64,000 bases of DNA from Cyanophora paradoxa CCMP329 (taxonomy: Eukaryota > Plantae > Glaucophyta). Positions within the stretch are counted from its first letter, which is position 1. Each line of letters starts with the position of its first letter. The DNA lies in assembly GCA_004431415.1 (NCBI GenBank), contig QPMI01000120.1:1-64000 (forward strand), in the 5' to 3' direction. The notes below the pieces were generated by a model that was not told the DNA's origin, did no database searches, and was given only the letters and a program-made list of their open reading frames with translations. Both the position numbers and the translations under genes were made by a program. Of the stretch, positions 24,101 through 37,146 are shown in pieces.

Positions 24101-27100
24101 CGACGCGTCGCGCAGGTCGGCGCGAAGGTCGTGAAGGACGTGAATTCCCAAGCGTCGATGAACGCGCTCGCGGACGGGGACGTGTCCTTCACGTGCACGA
24201 GCCCGGGGTCGGGCCCGAGCGCGCTGAGCCGCCCGCGCATCCTCTCCGCCGACGCGACGGGTCCCGACGCCCTCGAGGCCGCCGCCAACTTCACGAGGGG
24301 CCAGGGCGTCACCACCCTCGAGCTCCGCTGCTCCGGCTTCGGCGGCCCAGTGCGCAGCCCGGCCCGCAATCGAGGCTTCTTCCCTGTCTCACGGATGGAT
24401 GCGCTCGCTCGCCGCGCAGTACCGCGTGGCAAAGGTGGTCAGCGACGCGCAGGCGAGCAGCACGACGCTGGCGCTGCCGGTCGCGCCCTCCTACGGCGGC
24501 TCGTACGACGTCTCCTGCGTCGCCCTCGCGACGACCAGCATCGGGACCGTCTCGCTTGCCTCGGTTCCCATCGTTGTGACGATTCCGGAGGGACCGACTG
24601 TCTCGTCCCAGTCCGGTGCGCGAAGTCGTTTAATTTCGCGCCTCGAAACGCGTATGTCAAACTTTCGCGCGCAGCGCTGTTTCCGTCGAGCGATGCGGGG
24701 CTGCGGAACTCGTTCCCTCGCGTGGTCTTCGACGTCAAAGCGAGCGAACGCGTCCAAATCGCGTTTGCCGCGCCGCTCCCGTCGCATCCGGTTGGCAGCC
24801 GCGCGCCAGCGATCCGCCTCGCCGTCGTTTTCGTTGTCAACGAGGTCGGCCCGCGTCCTTCATTTCCGCTGTGCACGTGGGTCTCATTTTTGACGCTCCG
24901 CGACTTTACAATGCAGGATTTCATTTACTGCGACTACGACGTGGAAGCTTCCGCTTGCCTGCTTATGAGAACCCTGCCCGAGGTCCGCTCGGGCCTCATT
25001 TCATGCATATGCATTGCTCGAGTCCAACGCATCTTGCATCGAAAGCCCGACGGGTCGCCCCTCGGCAAAAAGCGGCCGGTTGAATTCGCGCTCACCTCCA
25101 TGGCCCCCTTCCCTGCAGTCGTGCGCTCTGCAGTATCATCCGTGGCAGAAGACGCTTAAAAGTCGTAATGAACCCTGCGCAGGATCCCGACAACAGATCG
25201 CCGCCGAGCGATCTGGCCGCCTACGTGGTACCGACTGTAGTCAAGCTAAAATTGCTTTGTCCCTTGACCTAGAATATTTTTACAGAACGACTGGAAGTGG
25301 CCGGCGAACTACACCCGCCTCGGTCTAGCTGACCTCCTCGGCCCCGCGAGCGCCGTCCTCCGGCCGCCGCAGAACTGCACGGGGGGCGGCTGCAGCGCCC
25401 ACGTATACGGAGCCCAGCGCCTCGTCAACTACGTGTACAGCGGCTGCGATGCCGGACCGCTGGGAGCGCTCCGGGCGTGGCAGGCCGACACCTGCCCCGC
25501 AGCGTACCCCTTCGCGTTCATGGCCGTCGCGTCGAACTTTTCGCACGATTTCCGCCACCAGCGCGCCCTGTACGAGCGCTACTTCTACGAGTCTGCGTCT
25601 GGCGCCCTGCTTTCGCGGGCCTCCGAAGAGTGAGTTCGATCTGCGATCAGGCGTAGCGCTATTGCAATTGTAGCTGAGGATCGCGCGCAGCTACCGATGG
25701 GCAGCGATGATGGGAAGCCTCCAGCTGTTCCGACTTTCGGTGCGCGTCGCATGGCCGCGTCAACATCGGATCTGATTGCTGAGCTTTGCGTGCAGCCCAA
25801 GGGGAGCAACCTGGACATCGACGCGTACAAGGAACGCTTCTACCGCGTACACGTGAGCGCGCGCGCGCGCTTCCGAATGTGGAGAAGCTTCTGATCCGAT
25901 CCCGTCCGTGCATGCGCAGACGGACCTGCTCAACTTTGCCGCGACGTCGGAGGAGGCCGCCGCCGTCGCAGCGGACGCCGTCGGGCGCCAGAACCTCTTC
26001 TCGATGACGAACTGCCTGGACTTCTACGACGCGGAGCCGGCGTCGGCCGGGAGGAGCTTCGAGGGGCAGCAGGCGGCGGCGGACGTGCTGCGGGCCTATG
26101 GCGCCGCGCCCGCGTCGCTGCTCCTCCAGGACCAGCGCGTGCGTTAATTTGTGATAGTTGAGATCTCAGTGCCGCACCGAGCCGGACTCGCATGCACAGT
26201 TCTTCGCTTTCCCTGGGCGCGGGGTGGCCTTCTTCGCCTCGTTCGCCAGCGGTGCGTCTTCACGTTCTGCGCTTGACCTGAGTACTTAAGCTTACTCGGC
26301 ACATATATACCATACCGCAGACGCTCCGGTCGCTGTCTTCCCGCTCCTGAAGGCATGCCGCGATGCAGACGCGAATCGCTCGGCCCTCGGCTCACCGCCG
26401 CGGCAGACGTGCTCGCTCTCGGCGGGCGTCGGCCTCCTCGCCTTTGACCTGGCCGCCCTCGCGCCCCCGGACCACACGCACGTCGCCGACTCCGTCTACC
26501 GCAAGCTCGTGTCAGCACTCGTCATCGATGGCCCCGCCGCTACTCGGCTTACCGCCGCGCGCAGATGGCCGACGAAGGACACAGCCGCATACGCGGACCT
26601 GTACCCCCCGCCGGCGTCGGTGCTGGCGGCGCACGCGGACGGGCGCGTGGAGCGGGACGGCCCGCTGCTGTACCACGCCGTCGTGCGGCTGCCCTTCTTC
26701 CCCGCGTCGCCCTCGAGCGCCGCGTGCGCCTCGCCCCTCGTCGGCGGCGTCGTCTGCCGCGGCCTCAACGTCGCCTACGTCACCGCCATCCTCTCCTGGT
26801 CCGTCCCCCCTACAAATGAACCGATTCTTTTTTAACTCGATTCGTTAATTAATTAATATAAGGTCCGTGAACGCGTCGAGCTTCGAGACGCGTCCCGTCG
26901 CTTCGCGCACGTTCAAGCCGAGTGTTCCCGCGCCCGAGTCGTACCGCACGGGCGTCGTCCTTCACGGCCCGCCCCGCGTGCTGCGGACGGACAGCATCCC
27001 CCTCGCCGACTCGTGGATCGCGGCAAACGAGCGGCCCTTGACCGGCGGCCCGGGCAACGGCGTGCGTGAACTACAGCACCCGACCGTTTTCGCGCCTTGG

Positions 27101-30100
27101 CCATGGGATGATTTTCGCGCGGCAGTACCTGGAGGGGAAGTGGGTGGACCCGCCGGGAGGCAGGTTCGCGTTCTACGTCACGGGGGACAAGATCGTCCGA
27201 ATAAGGTGCTCATGATCGCGGAAGGGCTTGAGTAGCAGTCGTTCTGTGCCGACGCGGTTCGAATTCGCGCAGGAAGCGCAACTCGCACCAGAGCGGGATG
27301 GCGGGCGACGTGGACGGCACCTTCGTGTACGGCGCTCCAGGCAACCTCTCCTCCTGGACCTCGGTGCGCGCTGCGGCTCCTGCAATGTTGCGAAACCGTG
27401 TTCATTTATATTGGACGCAGGTGGCGGCGGCGGCGTACAAGGACGGGACGCTCTTCGTCGTGCGCGAGCGGCACGCGCCGGGCTCGACGCGGGCCTTTGC
27501 GTTCGCCTCCTCCGAGAGCCCGCGGCCGCGCCTCGTGAAGGAGAAGCGCCTTTCGCGCGGCGGCGAGCGCGCGCCCTCGTCGGAGCTGCTGCGCTTCGCG
27601 GGCGTCGACGCGGCGAATTTCACGCCCTCCTCCGTCGCCTGGTCGGTTGTGATCGCCGCATTCCCTGGTTTGGAACTTTCTTCTTACGCACTATCCTACT
27701 TTCCTCATGAAACGCGCAGCGAACGTGATGGGCGCCCACGTGTTGGACGACTTCTCCTCAGGACGCGTCTTCGGCTACGGCGGCGAGGCGGACCCGACGA
27801 TGCCCTTCGCCGAGTCCCCCGTCCTCCTCTTTGTCGTCTCCGAACCGTGCGCGGCTTCGGGCAACTCTTTTTCATTTGGGTTCGCTGATTTGCGGATGTG
27901 CTGCAGCCCGACGTTCATCAAGATGCACACGCGGTGTGGGGCGGCCACGCGCTGGAACTGGGAGGCCGCCCTCTTCAACCGCTCCATCGCCACCGTCGAC
28001 CTCTGCACGCCCCTCGCCCCGGGCGCGTCCCGCGATACCCACTCCGCCTCGTTCCGCGCTGACCGCGGCCGCGCGCAGGGCGGTACTCGGAGCTTGAGGG
28101 GGCGCTGGTCGACGCGGACGCACCACAGTGCCCCGCCGGCACCTACAGCGCGCGCGGCAGCACCAGCTGCACGCCCTGCCCCCAGGGGTGCGGTTTAATT
28201 TTCTCGTCCCCCCTTCTTGTCTGGCGCGAATTCGAACGCGAGGGCGGGCCGGGCGCGCAGGACCTGGTCCACGAACGGCTCCGCCTCGTGCTACGGTGCG
28301 CTCCGCGTTACCGAACGCGTGCGCTCCGCCCTAACGAACGCTCTGACGTCGCCCGCAGAGTGCCCGATTCACACGGCGGCGGCGGCCCCCGGGCAGCCGT
28401 GCGCGGCGTGCGCCGCGGGCCGCTTCACGTTCGGCACGCGCTCCGCGGGCGACTGCCTCGCATGGTCCGCCCCGTGCCCGCCGCCTGCTTTTGATCTCGG
28501 CGCTGACCGCCGCGAACCGCAGCCCGACGGGGTCGTACCTGTGGACGCACCCCCTCACGGACCGCATCCGCTCGTGCTGGTCGTGCGCAGCGACCGAGTG
28601 GTCCCTCCCCGGCGCCTCCTCCTGCACCCCCTGTTTGCCCTCCCCGCGTCGCTTCGCGCTTGCGCCGACGACGCTTCTCGCGGCGGCAGGTCCCCCCGGC
28701 ACCGTCCGCAACGCCGACTTGACGGGCTGCGACGCCTGCAAGGCCGGGATGCACCAGCCGGTCGGCGCCGCCGTCTGCCTCGACTGCCCCCCCGGTGCCC
28801 GCCGCCGCCGCGCGCCCTCCGAGCCGCCGCTGACCGCCAGCGTCCGATCGAAGGCACGTGGAGCCCCGAGGGCCGCAGCGGGAACTGCTCCAGCTGCCCC
28901 GCCGTGCGCCGTCCGCGGCCTCCTTTCGCGAATCCGGTCCCCGACAGTTCCTCGCAGGGCTTGATACCGACCGCCAAGCGTGACGGGTGTCTTGGCTGCC
29001 CCCTGGGCCACTACGCTCTCAACGGGACGGACAATTGTGTGCTGTGCCCGATCGACACGTTTTGTACCGGGCGGAGCAGCCCCATCGCCTGCGGCCCGGG
29101 CTTCGTCTCGGACGCCGACCGCCTCCAGTGCAGCCCCGTGCGCCCTCCGGCGCTCGGGCGTGCCTTCTTATGGCTGACGATCGGCTCCCCTTCGCCGCGC
29201 AGTGCCCGGCCGGGAGCTACGAGGAGAGGCCGGGCGTCTGCCAGAAGTGCCCGCTGAACGCAGTCGCAGCGCTGCCCGGCGCGAGCAGCTGCAGCGCGTG
29301 CCCCGCGGGCTCCTTCTCCTCCGCCGACTCGCGCCTCTGCCTCTCCTGCGGCCCCGGTGCGCCCCGGCGCTCCCTCCTCTGCTCTCGCCGCACCCGACGC
29401 GGCGGCGGCAGGCACGTACCGGAGCGCCGGGAGCGGCTCCTGCGTCCCCGTCGAGGCGGCGAGCGTCGCCCCCGCGGGCGCCGCCGCGGCCGCCCCCTGC
29501 GCCAACGGCACCGTCCCCAACGTCGAGCGCAGCGAGTGCGTCTTCCCGCGCGCGCCGGACGGAGTTTTGCGGCGCTGCTCATTTTCGCGGCAGGTGCCTC
29601 GAGTGCCCGAAGGGCGCCATCGCTGCGGGCGGCGAGTGCACGAGGTCCGGCTTCGAATTCGCGTATCCGTCTCGATTCGATTCGCCATCGCTGCTCACCG
29701 TGCCGGCGCCGGCGCCGGCGGCAGGTGCCCGCTGAACGCGGTCGCGTCGCGCGCGGGCTCGACGGCCTGCAGGGCCTGCGCGCCCGGCTTCGTGAGCGCG
29801 CCGGACCTCGCCTCCTGCCTCCCCTGCCCCGCCGGTGCGAAACAAAGCTCGGAAGAAGCCTCGAAAGCAGTTGATTGAGCTGAGGGCGGCCGCAGGGCAG
29901 TACCGGTCGGCGTCGATGGCGGTGTGCGAGGGGGTGCCCCACGGCGCGGTCGCCCCCGCCGGCTCCCCGGGCTACGCCTTCTGCGGCGCGGGGGCGATCC
30001 CGAACGTCTTCAGCTCCTCCGCTGTCTGCGCGCCCTGCCCCAAAGGTGCCCGCTCCCGGCTTCTCACGGCCGCTCCCCGCGGGCTCGACGCTGATCATAA

Positions 30101-33100
30101 CGCGCGCCCCGCCGCGAAGGGAGCTACAAGAGCAACGCGACCACGTGCAGCCGGTAAATTCGAGCGCGTGCGCGGGAAGCGACGTCGACGCCGTCGAATC
30201 CGACCGCGCTGGCGCAGGTGCCCGCTGAACACGGTGGCGCCGCAGCTCGGCAGCGCCACGTGCGACGCATGCGAGCCGGGCTACGTCTCCGACGCCAGCT
30301 CCCAGGTGCGCTGCGCTGGGGAATTCTAAAATTCGAAGCCCCTCTTGTGCGCTGACCCGTGAACCCCGCGGCGCCGGCCCGCAGAACTGCGTCCCGTGCG
30401 CGGCCTCGTTCTACCGGTCGGCGGAGATGGCGGCCTGCGAGCCGGTGCCGCCGAAGAGCGTCTCGGGCCCCGGGCAGGCGGCCCCGACGCCCTGCGCCCC
30501 GGGCGCCGTCCCCAACGGCCCCAAGAGCGAGTGCATCCCCTGCCGCAAGGGCGCGTACGAGAACGACGGCTTCTGCGAGACGTGAGCCCGGTTCCTCGCG
30601 CGTCGATCTCCAACTGACCCCTCTGCCTGCGGCGGCAGGTGCCCACACAACCACGTCTCGTCAGAGGACGGGGCCACCCTTTGCGAGGCGTGCGCCCTGG
30701 GCTCCGTGGCGGCCGCCGACCAGCAGAGCTGCCGCCCCTGCGGCACCGGCTTCTACCGGCCCGCCGACTCGCCGGACTGCCTCCCGGTACCCGCCGGCGC
30801 GGTCGCCCCCGCGGGCAGCCCTGCGTACGAGCTCTGCGGCGCGGGCTCCGTCCCCAACGGCCCCAAGTCCGAGTGCATCGACTGCCGCCCGGGTGATATT
30901 CCCGTTCTACCGCGTGGGCCATCGATATCTCTCCTGACCCCGCGCGCGACCGCAGGCTCCTACCAGGTGGGCGAGGCCTGCGTGGCGTGCGAGGCCAACA
31001 GCGCCGCGCCCCTGCCGGGCAGCACCTCCTGCGCGCCCTGCGGGGAGGGCTTCGCGTCGACCGCCGACGGCGAGAACTGCATTCGTGCGCCGCGCGCGCC
31101 CCGCGCCGACTTCGACCGCGCCCGACGCGGCGCGGCGGCGGCGGCAGCATGCCCCGGGGGCTCCTACCGCCACGAGCCGATGGTCGAGTGCGGGCGGGCG
31201 CCGCGGGGGGCCGCCGCCCCGCCCGGCTCCCGCAACTACACCCTCTGCGCCCCGGGGCACGTCCCCAGCGCGGAGCGGACGTTGTGCGAGCGCTGCAGCC
31301 CCGGTGCGGCCCCCGCCCGCCTTCCGCGGCCCGCGCCGCCTGAGCGGGAGCCGGGCAGGGGCGGTCGAAATCGAGGGCCAGTGCGTGGCGTGCGTCGGTA
31401 ACGCGTACTCGCCGGAGGCCGGCCTCGCTGCCTGCCTCGAGTGGTGCGGGCCGCCTCGGAGCGCCCTCGAAGAGAGATCTAGAGCTGACGCCGGGCAGCG
31501 CGCCGGGGACGGTGGTGGACCCCGACGGCCAGGGCTGCTCGTCCGCCCGCGGCCACCGGCCTTTCCGCGCGCCGCCCTCGGCTGACGGGCGCGCAGGCCG
31601 TGCCCCGCGGGCATGTTCCGCTCGGCCAACATGTCCTCCTGCGCCGAGGTCCGCTCCGCAAGCGCTACGGCGGCTCCGCGCCCTCCGACGCTCTGCCCGC
31701 GCAGTGCCCCGCGGGCCACGTCTCGACGCCCGTCTCCGCCGCCTGCGTCCCTTGGTCCGAGAGGCCGCCGCGTTCGATCTGCAGTCACGAGCGCTGACCT
31801 TTTCGCGCGGCGCAGCGCGAACGGGACGGAGGCGAGCAAGGGGACGGAGTGCAACGTGTGCCGCGCGGGCTTCTTCTGCAGGCCGCCCGCCCCCACCGCG
31901 CCCTGCCCGGACGGCTCCTTCAGCCCGCCCCGCACCTCCGCCTGCACGCCGTGTGAGCGCGGCCACATCAGCAACGCGGACAGGTGCTTTCCTCTCTGGT
32001 TCTGTTTCTCCTCTTCCAACGCTCGAACGCCTCCTAGGACCCGGTGCGTGGAGTGCGCGAGCGGGACCTTCCAGCCGGACGGCTTGGTGCGGCCGCCTTT
32101 CCCATTACGCGAAAAGCAGCATTCGCTCACTCGCGCCCCTGCAGAACTCCTGCCTCCCGTGCAAGCTGGTGCCGGCTTCTTTGTGCATTTGCCAGCTGGG
32201 CGGCACCTGAGACCGCGGCCGCAGAACACGTGGGCCCCCCGCGGGACGGCCGGCCACTGCCTCGAGTGCCCCCTCGGGACATGGCCCGCCATCGACTCGA
32301 CCAAGTGCATCCCGTGCGCTCTCCACTGACTCGCCGTCGAGCGCGAGGCGCGCCGCTGAAGGGGCGTGTGTTTGCTCCGCAGATGCGACTCGGGTGCGGA
32401 GCAGCGAGACGCGCATCGAGAGCGCGAGGGGCGCGGGGGCTTGCTGACGCGCTCGCTCCCCGCAGGCACCTTCATGCCCAACGGAACGAATACATGCGTG
32501 CCGGTGCGCTGCGACATGGGCGCGAGGTTTCGCGGCCTCTGAGCCGTCGGCCAGTGCCCGCCGAGCCACTTCGCCCCGAAGGAGGGGACCCCCTCCCACT
32601 GCACCGAGTGCCCCGCCGTGCGCCCCGCGCCGCTCAGCGGCTTCACGCCCGTCCTCGCGCCGATCGCGAGCCCTCCTGCGCAGGGCTACTTCTCGGCGCC
32701 GGACCGCCGCTCCTGCGTGCCCTGCCCCCGCGTGCGCCCCGCGTGCTCGCCGCGGCGCCCCACCCTCGGGTTCGCGGCCGGGCGGCCCCTGTAACGGGCC
32801 GGGCGGGCGCAGGGCTCTTCGCGGGCGGCGGGCGCCGGCGCCCCCTCGGAGGCGTGCGAGAGGTGCCCCGCGGCGACCTTCGCGGGCCTCGAGGGCTCCG
32901 CCGCCTGCGCCGCCTGGTGCGCCCCCGCTCTCTCTCTCTTCGAACAGCGCCTCTTCGCTGACCGCGCCGCAGCCCCGCCGGCCAGGTCCCCACGGAGAGC
33001 CGCACGGAGTGCCGAAGTGAGCTTTGCGGTTGAAGCTTGAGCGCTCCGCGACCGACGCCTCCCCGCCACAGACTGCGAGGCGGGCTTCCACCCGAAGGGC

Positions 33101-36100
33101 GGGCTGTGCGCCCTCTGCGGCCCGCTCAACGTCTCCAGTGCCGGCGGTCCGCCCGCCTGCTGCGCTCCGCTGTGCAAGCCTCTAAGCGCCCGCGCAGACG
33201 CGGACTGCCACCGCTGCCAGTCGGGCTATGTGGCGAACGCGGCGCGCACGGCGTGCCAGCCGTGCCCCGCCGGCTACCAGCTGAAGCCCGGCGACGAGAC
33301 CTGCACGCGGTGCCCGGCCAACGCGGTCTCTGGCGCCGGCTCTGTCTCCTGCACCGCCTGCGAGGCCGGAGCTGTGGTGCGCTCCGCGTTTGCGCTCGAG
33401 CTCGCCGAAGCCGCCGGACTCCAACGCCGCGAGCAGAGCGACGAGCTCGGGTCGTACTGCAAGCTGTGCGAGCCCGGCACGTTCCGCAACACCTCGATGC
33501 CCTACTGCACGCCCTGGTCCGCGCGCCCTTCTCGTTCGTCTTCTCTCTCGTGGCCCGGCCCTCACCTTCGCCCCACGATCATGATCAGCCCGTCGGGCAC
33601 GTTCGCGAAGGAGGCGGGCGCGGCGGCGTGCAAGGGCTGCGAGGAGGCGCAGCTCTGCCCCCTGGTGCGTGCTCGCGCCCCACGGCGCGCCGCGCGAGAG
33701 AAGAGAGCCGACGGCGGCGGGCGCAGGCGACATCGCAGCCGATCGACCTCTCCTTCTTCCGCAACCTCGTGGGGCAGGCCGCGCAGGACCTCGCCGGCCT
33801 CGCCTCCCGGTCCGCTCTGCGGCTCTCGGCTGTGCATGCGCTCTGCGGCTCACGTCTCTGCAGGAGGCGGCTGCGCGCGCTGCGGGGGGCCCGCAGGGGT
33901 CTGCTCGGCGCGGCGGCCGCCGAGGTTGCGCGATCCGCGGCGGATGAGGAGGTGACGCTGCTGACGGAGGCAGTCGTGTACGACACGAACGCCGCCAATG
34001 TCACCCGCGCGGTCCGCGGCACCAATAGCCGCCTCCCCAGCAGCGGACTTGACAGCGCGGGCGCAGGAGATCCGGACGGAGCAGGTGGCGCTGCAGCGGC
34101 TGTACCGCATTATGGGGGCCCTTGCGGGGGCGGTCGGCGGCCTCCTCCTCCTCTCCGGCCTCGCGATGGCCTGCTACATCCGCCGCGGCCTCTCCGTCCG
34201 CCCCTCTTTTATTGCTCCCCCGAGCGACCTCCCCGAGCGCCGCGGCAGGTCCGGCCCCGCGGCCGCCCGGTGCAGGGCGCCGCCGCGGCGGACGCGGGGG
34301 CGAGGGAGGCGAGGCGGCTGCAGCGGCGGGCCACGGTGCGCGCGCCTGCGGGCGACTCCTCTCGGCCGAACGCGCGCGAGCGTGACCCGCGCGGCAGCTG
34401 GCCAAGCTGGACCTGCTGTTCACGGAGGACGTCGCGGCGGCCAAGCGGCCGGTCGCCGAGCGAATCGCGGTGCGGAGGGCGCAGCGGGCGGCGGAGGCGG
34501 AGGCGGAGGCGGAGCGGGCGGCGGGCGGCGGGCGGCGGGCGAGCGAAGCGGACGTGGCGATCGTGTCGAAGAGCGGGATGGCGGACCTCCTGCAGATCGC
34601 CCTCGACGAGCGGCCCGCGCACCCGCCCTCGCCCCGCGCCCCCGGGGAGCCGCGCGAGGGGCCTCGGGCGCCCGAATTCGAAGAGAGTCCGAAGTCCGTC
34701 GCGGGCGCCGTCGCGACACTCGTCGCCGTCGGCCTCGCCCTCCTCGCCGGTGCGCCCGCCGCGCTAGGCTCTCGCGCCTCTCGCGCTGACGCCTCCCCCG
34801 CGCAGCGGCCTTCGTCATACTCCAATTCGTGCGGGCGGCCCGCCTGCAGCGCCGCGCCCGCCGCTCACGCCCGGCCGCGCGCAGGCGATCGCGAACTACG
34901 AAGTCGTGCAGACGCTGCTGCCCGGCACGTCGCCCTCGGCTGCAGCAATCGCCGGCCCCGTCGAGGTCTCCGCCAGCTTCCTCGGCTGGTCCGGTGCGCC
35001 CCTCGCACGTCCCCCGCCTGCCGCGGCTCGTTTGACGCCGCGGCCAGCGGCGCGCGCATGCGTGGTGCGGCGGGAGGCGGCGGTGAACAGCTCCCTCTCG
35101 CTCGGGGCGGCGAACGCGACGGAGGAGGGGGCGGTCGTCACGTGGCGCAACATCGTCCCCCTCGACGGGTCGCCCCCGCCCGCCGCCACCGCCGCCTACG
35201 ACGCCCCCCAGCGCGCCTGCCGGTGCGCCCCCACCGGGCCGCCCCCGCCGCCAGCGCCTCGCTCACGCGCACGGGGCAGGGTGACGTGGCGATGCGAGAG
35301 TTGCCGGATCGCGTCGACGTCGACGGTGGGCTCGGGGGGGGCGGAGGACGTGGCGGTCGACTTCCGCCTCGTCGCCCGCACCGCCTTTGCCCTCGCCCTC
35401 CGCTACTCCGTCATGGTGCCGCCTCCGCTTCTTTGGCGGAGCTCGAGCGGGGCTGAGTTCGAGGCCGCGCAGGTCCCCGCGTACGCGTCGATCAGCGGCG
35501 CGGTGACGACGCACGCGTACGCGGGCGCGTCGGAGCGGCTGGCGGTCTTCCGCGGCACGCGGCCCGTGACCGTCCCCGTGCTCCTCACGCCGCTCCACTT
35601 CGAGAACGCGGCGGACGGGTGGCCGCAGTACGACGCGGCGCTGCAGCAGGCCGACAACCGCCCCGCCGAGCTCGACGAGACCTCCTTCGTGCGCAGGGGA
35701 GGGGAGGGCCGGGAAGCGCGGCCTTCGAGGCGGAGGAGCTGACCGGGGCGGCGCGCAGGGCCTCTGCTCGCTGACGCGGCAGCTGTCGGAGCCCGAGTGC
35801 GCTGTGGAGGCGGTCGGCTTCCGCGCCGCCCTCGGCGTCAACGACGTCTACCTCCTCGTCCGCCCCGCCGCCCGGCCCACCACAGCGAAGCCGCGCTGAC
35901 GGGCGGCAGGTGTCGCGGGTGACGAGGGCGAGCGCGCTGGACGCGCTGGCAGACGTCGCGTCGCTGGCGGGCGCCGCCCTCGCCCTCGGCGGTCAGCTCG
36001 TCGTCTCCTACTACGCCGCCCTCAGCGCCTACGCCGTCCGCCTCCAAAGCGCGATTGCGCTTCGCGGCGAATTGACGCCTGGGGCCGCAGATGCGCCGCG

Positions 36101-37146
36101 AGATTCTGGAGCGGGTCCGGGCAGCTGCCGGCCGCGGGGGATCCGGAGGCGAAAAGCGGGCCGCGCCCCTCAACGCCCTTCCGGCCCCGGAGCCGCCCGC
36201 GCCGCCGCCGCAGGCGACGCCCGTTCGGCGGGCGCGGACCGCCTCGATGGTCGAGATCGGCCAGCACGCGCCGCCGTCGGGGCCGGAGCCGCCACCCGTT
36301 CGGCGCGCGCGGGCCGCCTCGATGGTCGAGATCGGCCAGCACGTGCACGCGCCGCCGTCGGGGCCGGAGCCGCCACCCGTCCGGCGCGCGCGGACCGCCT
36401 CGATGGTCGAGATCGGCCAGCACGCGCCGCCGTCGGGGCCGGAGCCGCCGCCCGTCCGGCGCGCGCGGGCCGCCTCGATGGTCGAGATCGGCCAGCACGC
36501 GCCGCCGTCGGGGCCGGAGCCGCCGCCCGTCCGGCGCGCGCGGGCCGCCTCGATGGTGGACGTCGCCCTTGCCGCGCCGGCCGCGCCCGCGAGGCCGCCG
36601 GCGCCCCCGCCCGAGCACCTGACGCCCCACGGCATCCGGCAGGGGCGCTCCAACTCCCTCCCGCTCCTCTTCGACCCCGCGCCCCAGCCCGCCCCGCCGC
36701 CCGTCAGCGCCGCCCCCGTGCAGTCCCGGCCGCCGTCGACCGGCGCAGCCGCGGCAGGCGGCGCCCGGGCGCTCGTGCGGCGGTACAGCTTCCTCGGGCC
36801 GGCCTCCCGCTCGAGCTCGGCCTCGGCCTCGGCGCTGGCGCCGGCGTCGAGCGCGCCGCAGCCACGCTCGGAGGCCTCGCTGCCGGAAGCGAGCGGCTCG
36901 CGCCGGCACAGCGTCGTGCAGGCGGTCGTCGTCGACGACCGGCGCGCCGAGCCCGACTCCGGCCGGTCCCAGCCTCCCCCCCGCTCCGTGCCCCTCCTCT
37001 CCCCGCTCTGGGCCGCCGCCGAGGACCCCGCGCCGCCGCCAGCCGGGACGCCGGGAGAGGAGGCGGAGCCTGCTCCGCTTACCGTCCAGACTTCTGCGGC
37101 CGCGGAAGGCCAGACGCCGTTCCCTCATGATCAAGTCATTCTCTAG
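21164..37146 (+). CDS. Giant multi-exon membrane protein: two LamG/ConA-like domains, beta-rich domains, long array of Cys-rich (ephrin-receptor-like/GCC2-GCC3) repeats, three predicted TM helices, Pro-rich tail
   Basis: LamG-like segments (ISWDQNGNIGFYRNG..YLGGD..LSGFRMWSRSF; WSYVVLCW..SYLNGGLV..NFIG..LANLWLWRG). Dozens of CPAGTYS..GSTSCTPC-type repeats from ~28130 to 33660. Hydrophobic helices IMGALAGAVGGLLLLSGLAMACYI (~34110-34180), VAGAVATLVAVGLALLA (~34700-34750) and VASLAGAALALGGQLVVSYY (~35950-36015). The start codon and the single-gene interpretation are uncertain. Confidence 0.7.
36221..36558 (+). repeat. Coding 75-bp tandem repeat (PVRRARAASMVEIGQHAPPSGPEPP) x ~4.5
   Basis: gcctcgatgg recurs at 36241, 36316, 36397, 36472 and 36547 (spacings 75, 81, 75, 75). 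Confidence 0.95.

Noticed and set aside
36221-36558. Regular repeats here, at 46195-46360 and at 50167-50684 as CRISPR arrays
   Set aside because: The units are tandem with no unique spacers, there are no cas genes, and the context is eukaryotic.
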